Shown: positions 57,710-64,000 of the stretch, piece after piece | Layout of the letters: each line of letters starts with the position of its first letter | Numbering within the stretch: the first letter of the stretch is position 1 | Assembly: GCA_001002285.1 (NCBI GenBank) | Contig: LCLX01000002.1 | Span: 67,827-131,826 of the forward strand | Direction: 5' to 3' | From: Microgenomates group bacterium GW2011_GWC1_46_15 | Lineage (GTDB): Bacteria; Patescibacteriota; Microgenomatia; UBA1400; UBA12028 | Length of the DNA stretch: 64,000 nt | Translations under genes and position numbers: made by a program | The notes under the pieces: model-generated | Seen by the model: the letters and a program-made list of their open reading frames with translations, nothing else | Database searches by the model: none | Told to the model about the DNA's origin: nothing

Positions 57710-59136
57710 GCGGGGGCAGCGACAACAGTATACGTGCCGTCGGGGTTGTCTACAATATGCCAACCTGCTGATTCTAGTTGCGTGCGTACGGCATCCGATT
57801 CTGAAAACTTTTTTGCATCGCGCAAAGCTTTGCGTTGCTCGGCAAGTTCAGTAATATTTTTTGGAACTGATTGAACTGGTTGAGTTTCACGCTTTGTAAC
57901 GTGTTGCGCTATCTGCAAACCAAGGATTTCATCAAACTCAACCAGAAGATCATACTTGTCTTGGCCAGGAATGTTGCTTTTCGTTACTTCCCACATGATC
58001 GAAAGCGCCTCTGGCGTGTGAAGATCGTTTTCAAGATGGTCGTAAAACTGGTGACGGTATTCTTCAATTTTTTGCAGTTTCTCTTGAGATAGCGCGGTGC
58101 GTTCTTTTTCTTTTTTGAAGGTTGTGGCCAAAGCGATCAACCGGTCATACGCAACCTGCGATGCTTTTAAGTTGTCCCATGTGAAGTTCAACTCACTGCG
58201 ATAGTGTGAACCTAAAAATAACAAGCGCAGGGCCATTGGTGAAAACCCACGCTTCACAATTTCGTCAATCGAGTACACATTTCCCAATGACTTACTCATT
58301 TTTCCGTCTTCAACGCGCAAGAAGTTATGGTGAACCCAGTACTTCACGAACGGAACTTTACCAGTCGCCGCTTCACTTTGTGCAATTTCGTTGGTGTGGT
58401 GCACCGGAATATGGTCAATGCCACCGGTGTGCAGATCAAACTGATCACCTAAGTACTTCATACTCATCGCGGAACACTCAATGTGCCACCCAGGAAAACC
58501 CTTGCCCCACGGCGAATCCCACTCCATCTGCCGTTTTTGATCTTTCGGCGAGAACTTCCAAAGCGCAAAGTCGGTGGGGTGTTTTTTCCCAGCAACCATG
58601 TCCACGCGCGCGCCAGCTTTGATGTGTTCGAGATCGAGGTGCGCGAGTTTGCCATAGTCCGATAACTTCGATGTGTCAAAATACACACCGTCATCAATGA
58701 CATAGACAAAACCGTTTTTTTCTAAGCGTTGAATAAGTGCGATTTGTTCCGGAATATGGTCGGTTGCGCGACATGAAATATCGGGCTTGCCAACTCCCAT
58801 CAAATCCATACTTTTCCAGTAATGATTTTCAAACTCCTTGGCAATCTCCCACACCGTTTTGTTGTACTTGCGCGCGCCCTTCTCCATCTTGTCTTCGCCT
58901 TCATCAGCATCGGAAACAAGGTGGCCAACATCGGTGATATTCTGCACCTGCTTCACGGAAAAACCGGCGTGTTTTAATGCGCGGATCAGCACATCATCCA
59001 TGACATACCGCCGTAAATGGCCAAGGTGAATGTAGTCGTAGACCGTAGGACCGCAGGCGTACATGCCAAGGTTGCCAGGCTGAAATGGAACAATGTCTTC
59101 GACTGATCGTGAAAGCGTGTTGTAGAGTTTCATCAT
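57706..59136 (-). CDS. cysS: Cysteinyl-tRNA synthetase
   Basis: HIGH-type motif (HLGH), KMSKS, Zn-binding Cys residues. Confidence 0.9.
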   Translation of the reverse strand: MMKLYNTLSRSVEDIVPFQPGNLGMYACGPTVYDYIHLGHLRRYVMDDVLIRALKHAGFSVKQVQNITDVGHLVSDADEGEDKMEKGARKYNKTVWEIAKEFENHYWKSMDLMGVGKPDISCRATDHIPEQIALIQRLEKNGFVYVIDDGVYFDTSKLSDYGKLAHLDLEHIKAGARVDMVAGKKHPTDFALWKFSPKDQKRQMEWDSPWGKGFPGWHIECSAMSMKYLGDQFDLHTGGIDHIPVHHTNEIAQSEAATGKVPFVKYWVHHNFLRVEDGKMSKSLGNVYSIDEIVKRGFSPMALRLLFLGSHYRSELNFTWDNLKASQVAYDRLIALATTFKKEKERTALSQEKLQKIEEYRHQFYDHLENDLHTPEALSIMWEVTKSNIPGQDKYDLLVEFDEILGLQIAQHVTKRETQPVQSVPKNITELAEQRKALRDAKKFSESDAVRTQLESAGWHIVDNPDGTYTVVAAPA

Positions 59137-59148
59137 GTGTTAGGCAGA

Positions 59149-59643
59149 CTACCCTGCGCCAAGGTTGCGTGATTTTTCTGCATTCGCAGCATCTTGTGCC
59201 ATCTTTACTTGTAGATTTTCGTGCTTTTGTTTTTCTAGCTGTTTGATCTCGAACTTTTCCTGTTCTTTTTCCTGTTGTTTTTCGACTTTCTTCTCTTGTT
59301 CTTCCTGGGCCTTGCCTTGCGCGTAAAACTGCTGTTCGTCGGCCATGAGTTCGCGGTGCCGTTTTAACTTCGCGGTGGTTGCGGCTTGATCTTCCTGTAG
59401 TTTTTGTTGAATCAGCGCTTTTTGCGCGGGATCATCCGCTGCTGTCATCGCTTTTTCGGCATTTTTCTGCGCTTCGTTTTTTTCGCCACCTTGTGCCGTA
59501 TCTAACGGAGGTTTCCCACCCAGAATTTCCTCAAGAATATCGAGTGGTGTTTTTGCAACGGCCTTCGCGGTATCCACTGCTACACCGCTCAATGCGCCGC
59601 CTACATCTGAAGCAATTTGTGTAACATCATCACCGAGTCCCAT
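59149..59643 (-). CDS. Hypothetical Gln/Glu/Lys-rich coiled-coil protein
   Basis: 164 aa with low-complexity EQEKKVEKQQEKEQEK. Confidence 0.35.
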   Translation of the reverse strand: MGLGDDVTQIASDVGGALSGVAVDTAKAVAKTPLDILEEILGGKPPLDTAQGGEKNEAQKNAEKAMTAADDPAQKALIQQKLQEDQAATTAKLKRHRELMADEQQFYAQGKAQEEQEKKVEKQQEKEQEKFEIKQLEKQKHENLQVKMAQDAANAEKSRNLGAG

Positions 59644-59678
59644 GGTTTAAGGATAGCAGAGAGACAAGGAGAAGTGAA

Positions 59679-60062
59679 CTACGTATGTCTGAAATCTAGC
59701 GGGCTAAGAACCTTCAATTGCATTGCTCGTGCAGTTTCTTCCGTATCGGCAGGCCGATCGGGATTTCTTTCTCCATTTTTGCTCCATTGAAGCCGTGCCA
59801 ATTCCCGAAGCTCCTCAAGCTGATCTAATGTTATTTCGTTTAATTCAGCGGCCAACATAGCTTCTTCCATACCAGTAAGGATAGTACTGTAGAATCCAGG
59901 AGACCAAATTATTCCCCCTAAATATCGCGTATATGTAGCTTGTTCCGGCGTTCCTCCCCAATCTTTCATAACAAATTCGTGAATGGGTCCATGAGCGGTT
60001 TGAATAATTCCTTCACCAGTATGTGCCGCATTGAGTTGTTCAAGAATGTCTCCCTTTCCCAT
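59679..60062 (-). CDS. Hypothetical protein
   Basis: 127 aa, no motif recognised. Confidence 0.3.
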   Translation of the reverse strand: MGKGDILEQLNAAHTGEGIIQTAHGPIHEFVMKDWGGTPEQATYTRYLGGIIWSPGFYSTILTGMEEAMLAAELNEITLDQLEELRELARLQWSKNGERNPDRPADTEETARAMQLKVLSPLDFRHT

Positions 60063-60115
60063 ATTCCTCCTTTTTACCTATACTTCGCACTATTGTACTC
60101 TTTTCATTACTATTT

Positions 60116-60409
60116 TCAATTCATATACACCGTGTTCTCTTTAGACTCCGGCGGAATAGTAAAACACACAAAAACCACTTCTTTCTTTGAATCATTTACC
60201 CCCTCGTGGATTTGGTTTTTCTTACGAAGGTAGAGTTTTCCCTGCTTGTGTGTTTCGCAGTTTCCTTTCAGCACACACTCAATCTCTATTCCTTTATGGA
60301 AATGTTTGGGCTCACTTCTCCCTGGTTTCATCCAGTACACATAACAGGAGCAAAAAGCATTGTAGAAAATTTTCTTACTTTTTCGATACGGGCTTGTGGT
60401 GTTTGACAT
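60116..60409 (-). CDS. Small cupin-like protein
   Basis: PKHFHKGIEIECVLKGNCETH resembles the metal-binding motifs of cupin_2. AT-rich gene. Confidence 0.35.
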   Translation of the reverse strand: MSNTTSPYRKSKKIFYNAFCSCYVYWMKPGRSEPKHFHKGIEIECVLKGNCETHKQGKLYLRKKNQIHEGVNDSKKEVVFVCFTIPPESKENTVYMN

Positions 60410-60996
60410 TATGGTGCTTTCAATCCCCTCAGTATTTTTTCTATAATTTCATGTTGATTTGCCAATTCTTTTTTGCATATGCTGAGGCTTAATAAACCCC
60501 ATTTTTCAGTGACTTTTTTATCAAGAAGTGTCACCAAATCGGAAAAAGGCATGCTCCTTATATATCTCATTGCATAAGAAAACCCCTTAATGGAAACAAA
60601 TCGATAACAATCTGCATTGCAACAGATTTCCGACTCTAATGAGTAAAATTTTTGAGTACCATGATGCTCTGAGATACAGTGGCGGATGTTTTCTTTTACT
60701 TCGTTTGAAACTATAGATTGATCGAGTATTTTATTCGCTTTAGCCAGTGACATTGCAATATGCTCTTCCAATTTTCCCGCTCGAATAGCCTGACCAATGA
60801 GACAGTCCATCAGAAGAGTTCCTGCCTCGACAATATTAACATTCGCCCTTAGTTTTTTTGCCAGTTTCTTACCAACTTCACGAGCCAAATCAACGTGAAA
60901 TTTTACTGGCATGCCGGTTTTTTCAACTTCGTCATATGCTAGTTTTCTTGTTTGAACTAAAAAATCCCTCACGTCATCTCCTCTTCCTCTCTCCAT
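60409..60996 (-). CDS. Hypothetical protein, possibly an HD-like phosphohydrolase fold
   Basis: Scattered His/Asp residues (FHVDLA, EHIAMS, ISEHHG). Weak. The 3' end of hpf overlaps its start. Confidence 0.25.
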   Translation of the reverse strand: MERGRGDDVRDFLVQTRKLAYDEVEKTGMPVKFHVDLAREVGKKLAKKLRANVNIVEAGTLLMDCLIGQAIRAGKLEEHIAMSLAKANKILDQSIVSNEVKENIRHCISEHHGTQKFYSLESEICCNADCYRFVSIKGFSYAMRYIRSMPFSDLVTLLDKKVTEKWGLLSLSICKKELANQHEIIEKILRGLKAP

Positions 60997-61282
60997 CCTC
61001 CCGCCGGAATTTTTCTTCAACTTTTGAGTACACACGGAAAAATGCCTGATATAAATTTGCTCCAATTTCTTTAAACGCAAACCGCCGGCCTTTAACTTCG
61101 GTAATCACCTCTACTGTCGCATCGCTGGTATTTCTCCCCTTGCGCTTTACGCGGTCAACAACAACTTCAACATTCCGCACTCCAAGCGAAGGAAACTTTT
61201 GGAGGCGTGCAAGCTTTTCTCGGAAGAACTGCTTGACCTGTTCTGTCAACTCTACGGTTTTTGATGACAGCATGATGTTCAT
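60974..61282 (-). CDS. hpf: Ribosome hibernation-promoting factor / RaiA (short form)
   Basis: MNIMLSSKTVELTEQVKQFFREKL..., typical of the sigma-54 modulation protein/YfiA family. Start taken at MNIML. Confidence 0.7.
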   Translation of the reverse strand: MNIMLSSKTVELTEQVKQFFREKLARLQKFPSLGVRNVEVVVDRVKRKGRNTSDATVEVITEVKGRRFAFKEIGANLYQAFFRVYSKVEEKFRREDGERKRR

Positions 61283-61316
61283 GCAGCCTCCTTTCTTCCA
61301 CGTATATTCTGTCCAC

Positions 61317-61922
61317 CTACGCCATTTCCCGCCGACCCTCCATCGCGCGCGCAATCGTCGTGCCATCGGCATACTCAATGTCCGCACCAATCGGCAGTCC
61401 GTGGCCAATGCGCGTGATGGTGATGTGCTTTGCGTTCGCTGTTTCGGTTAACAATTGGCGAATGTACATTGCGGTCGCCTCCCCTTCCATTGTAGGATTC
61501 GTTGCCAAAATGACCTCGTGGACTCCGGCAAGGCGCTGCGTGATGTCGTTCAAATAGAGTTGATCCGGTCCAATATTATTCAGTGGTGAAATTGCGCCAT
61601 GCAGGACATGGTACAAGCCAGTGTAGTGGCCAGAGCGTTCGATCGCGAGCACGTCTAGCGGTTGTTCAACGACACACAACAATGACACATCGCGGGAAGA
61701 ATCATCGCACACATCGCACAACTCATTTTCGCCCACATTGTGGCACTGCGAACACAGTGTTGTTTGCCGCTTCATCGCAACAAGCGCGTCGGCAAACTTT
61801 TGGACTTCGGGTTCCGGCACATGGAGTAAATAAAATGTCAGCCGTTGCGCGGACTTTGGCCCTACTCCCGGCAGTTTTTCAAATTGATGAATGAGCGCCT
61901 GAATAGACCGCGGAAGTTTCAT
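61317..61922 (-). CDS. recR: Recombination protein RecR
   Basis: HhH LPGVGPKSAQRL. C4 zinc finger CSQCHN..CDVC. Toprim domain. Confidence 0.85.
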   Translation of the reverse strand: MKLPRSIQALIHQFEKLPGVGPKSAQRLTFYLLHVPEPEVQKFADALVAMKRQTTLCSQCHNVGENELCDVCDDSSRDVSLLCVVEQPLDVLAIERSGHYTGLYHVLHGAISPLNNIGPDQLYLNDITQRLAGVHEVILATNPTMEGEATAMYIRQLLTETANAKHITITRIGHGLPIGADIEYADGTTIARAMEGRREMA

Positions 61923-61962
61923 GTGTGTATTATGCACTATTTTTGAGAAAATGCGGTCGGGA

Positions 61963-62250
61963 TTACTGTCCCCCGCCACCAAGCAAACCACCCAAACCAC
62001 CACTCATTTGCTGAAGTTTTTTCGCGGCAAGTTCCTGCGATTTTTTAATGGCTTTGTTGAGCACATTCACCGCGTCTTCGCTGGTAATACCTTGAACGCT
62101 GAAATGTTTAATTTTTTGTGAACCGGAAATGACCACGCGGATATCGCCCTCTTCAACAACAATCTCCTCTGCTTCCAGCTGCTGCTGCATTTGGATTGCC
62201 TGTTGGCGAAGTTTGTTCAAATCACCAAGTTTACCGAGTACGTTTGCCAT
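61963..62250 (-). CDS. ybaB: Nucleoid-associated protein YbaB/EbfC
   Basis: MANVLGKLGDLNKLRQQAIQMQQQLE, typical YbaB. Conserved dnaX-ybaB-recR gene order. Confidence 0.8.
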   Translation of the reverse strand: MANVLGKLGDLNKLRQQAIQMQQQLEAEEIVVEEGDIRVVISGSQKIKHFSVQGITSEDAVNVLNKAIKKSQELAAKKLQQMSGGLGGLLGGGGQ

Positions 62251-62330
62251 AGTTCACTCCTTTTATATGTTTGCGTATGTGTATAGATTTGCGCGATAAC
62301 AGGGGTAGTATAACACATCAAGTGAGTGCT

Positions 62331-62630
62331 CTAGATATTTCTGTGTAACGGAATACCTTGTGGACGTTTTCCCCTTTTTATCAACTCTTGATCTTTTTGA
62401 GACCAATCATCCAATTGAACACCAGATGGGTTTTTAAGCAACTCTTTTTCCCGTGCATCACGAATCAACGTCGCAGCAACAGATATTGGAAGCATCGGAA
62501 AACTTTCAATTGTTGATCCTTGGGGGGGTCCTTCTGCCTCTATTCCAACACGAATTTGTCTCAACTTCGCTTCAATTGCCGCAAAAGGGTGTGTGAAACA
62601 AAATAATACTTCTCTTGTATGTGTAATCAT
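62331..62630 (-). CDS. Hypothetical protein
   Basis: 99-aa ORF between ybaB and dnaX. Confidence 0.25.
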   Translation of the reverse strand: MITHTREVLFCFTHPFAAIEAKLRQIRVGIEAEGPPQGSTIESFPMLPISVAATLIRDAREKELLKNPSGVQLDDWSQKDQELIKRGKRPQGIPLHRNI

Positions 62631-62662
62631 TATTAAAAAGTATTATACGCTCTTGCCCTTTT

Positions 62663-64000
62663 TTACCCCGCAAACACTTCCTCTGCCGCCTGCACTAATT
62701 TTGCGTCCTCCTCTTTTTTCTCTGCAACGGGCTCCTTTGGTTTCTTTTTCCCAAGCACAAACTTGAGCGTTGCTTTGCTCACACCACACGTTTCGCGGAT
62801 CACTTTTTCTAAGATATGGCGATGTTTTTCCTGTTCGAGTTGTTCTTTATGGAAAGGATAAAATACTTCAATCGTAACGGCAGACCCGTTCGTTTCCATG
62901 GGGCGGGTAGCGCGGAGCAAAGCTTCAACTGTTGCATTCGTTTGCTTAATCGCTTTCAACACAATGGGCCAATTCAATTGAAGCACTTCAAAGTTGAGCG
63001 AACCCGTGAGTGGCTCTTCGGTTTGTTTTGGAGGTGGCTCCACAGTTGGTGAAGGTGACGCCAGTGTCGGTGTTGAAGTTGACGTTGGATTTTTTTCGCG
63101 TGGTTTTTCAACATGCTCATGTCCCTCTTCTTCCACTATGTGCTCACCACCCCCACCCTCTAGGCATAACGATAAACACGCGAGTTCAAACGGGAGATAC
63201 GGGAACGGAAGCAGTGCGTCGGGGGAAACATTCAACACTGCTAATATATGCTGATACACACGTGATTTTTCAAGAACTTTTTCTTCAACCGCACGCACCA
63301 TCTCCTCGTGCATCATCGCCAATACCGTTTTTTGCACATACGAGAGATCTCTGTCGTTTTGCTGGGCAACCTGAAATACCGTACTCACAGCTTGCGCGTC
63401 ACGTTTCGTGATTGCCTCAATCAACTGCTTTGCCACTGCACTATCGGCGCCGCCAGAAGTCTTGAGATCATCTATGCTAATTTTTGTTTTCCCCTGAGCA
63501 ACATGCTCCAATAACTTCACCGCGTCACGGAAACTTCCTTCGGCCCGCTTGGCAATATCCATCAGCACACTTTCTCCCGCCGTAATGTGTTCGACATCTA
63601 CAATATGCTGTAACGCAGACACAATATGCTCGGGCAGGGCGCGCTGGAACTGCACGAGAACGCACCGGGAGATAATGGTTTCCGGAACTTTATGCAGTTC
63701 GGTGGTCGCAAGAACAAACACCACATGCGCCGGTGGCTCCTCGAGCACCTTCAGGAGTGCGTTAAAGGCCTCGGTCGTGAGCATGTGCACTTCATCAATA
63801 ATGTACACAGAAACCAACCCGTCGCTTGGAGCAAGATACACGCGTTCGCGCAGAGCACGGATATCATCAATGCCACGATTACTGGCGGCATCAAGTTCGG
63901 TGACGCAAAAACTGTTGCCTCTCGTGATTGCAAGACACCGAGGACACGCGCCGCATGGTTCACCAAATGCGTGGCCAGCTTTGTGATCGGCACTCTTAAG
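62663..64000 (-). CDS. dnaX: DNA polymerase III subunit gamma/tau, N-terminus beyond the window edge
   Basis: In-frame translation continues to the window end (..HAFGEPCGACPRCLAITRGNSF.VTELDAASNRGIDDIR..YIIDEVHML..LLKVLEEPP..ISRC), giving the Zn module plus AAA+ motifs. The track ORF starts at an internal GTG. Confidence 0.85.
   Translation of the reverse strand, partial: LKSADHKAGHAFGEPCGACPRCLAITRGNSFCVTELDAASNRGIDDIRALRERVYLAPSDGLVSVYIIDEVHMLTTEAFNALLKVLEEPPAHVVFVLATTELHKVPETIISRCVLVQFQRALPEHIVSALQHIVDVEHITAGESVLMDIAKRAEGSFRDAVKLLEHVAQGKTKISIDDLKTSGGADSAVAKQLIEAITKRDAQAVSTVFQVAQQNDRDLSYVQKTVLAMMHEEMVRAVEEKVLEKSRVYQHILAVLNVSPDALLPFPYLPFELACLSLCLEGGGGEHIVEEEGHEHVEKPREKNPTSTSTPTLASPSPTVEPPPKQTEEPLTGSLNFEVLQLNWPIVLKAIKQTNATVEALLRATRPMETNGSAVTIEVFYPFHKEQLEQEKHRHILEKVIRETCGVSKATLKFVLGKKKPKEPVAEKKEEDAKLVQAAEEVFAG

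Noticed and set aside
63751-63993. Minus-strand ORF 63751..63993 (80 aa) and other short ORFs inside dnaX, gyrA and pilus genes
   Set aside because: They lie out of frame within, or antisense to, strongly supported conserved genes. In this region the frame that continues to the window edge encodes the canonical DnaX N-terminus.
1-64000. Alternative genetic code (UGA reassigned, as in some CPR lineages)
   Set aside because: Long conserved genes (gyrA, pilB, dnaB exteins, cysS) are intact under the standard code with no internal TGA. At least one well-supported gene (43753..44259) terminates with TGA.

Overview
This window looks like a bacterial chromosome segment of about 50% GC. The gene content is reduced and Gram-positive-like: there is an LCP protein, an Lgt/LspA lipoprotein pathway and no outer-membrane genes. 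Together with inteins in gyrB and dnaB, a large type IV pilus locus and queuine-salvage genes without queuosine biosynthesis genes, this is reminiscent of CPR/Patescibacteria (for example Saccharibacteria-like). That assignment is inference only. Standard genetic code is assumed, because long genes such as gyrA have no internal TGA and at least one gene ends with TGA. The first 12.6 kb is one minus-strand type IV pilus / pseudopilus cluster: pilB, pilT, pilC, a major pilin, pilD, a Cys-rich PKD-like membrane protein, two GspG-like pilins, three minor pilins, a PilX/GspK-like protein, pilM, pilN and a partial pilO-like gene. The remainder is mostly housekeeping: holB, gyrB carrying an HNH-type intein, inorganic pyrophosphatase with a Cys/Glu-rich tail, gyrA, a XerC/D-type recombinase beside an AT-rich ORF-poor island, yebC, an LCP protein, tgt and queA, an operon of a PP-loop ATPase, murD and an SDR, rluA, lspA, a DksA-like gene and lgt, a tRNA-Leu(CAA), dnaB carrying a LAGLIDADG intein, hisS, L31, RF1, HtrA, CtpA, the rpsF-ssb-rpsR operon, ychF, an IMPDH-family protein coupled to cysS, hpf, recR, ybaB and partial dnaX. 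No rRNA, CRISPR array or reverse transcriptase was seen. The most unusual items are the two inteins with different homing-endonuclease types, the pyrophosphatase Cys-rich tail, the pilus-embedded PKD-like protein, the PP-loop–murD–SDR operon, and AT-rich ORF-free segments that may hold ncRNAs or integration scars.
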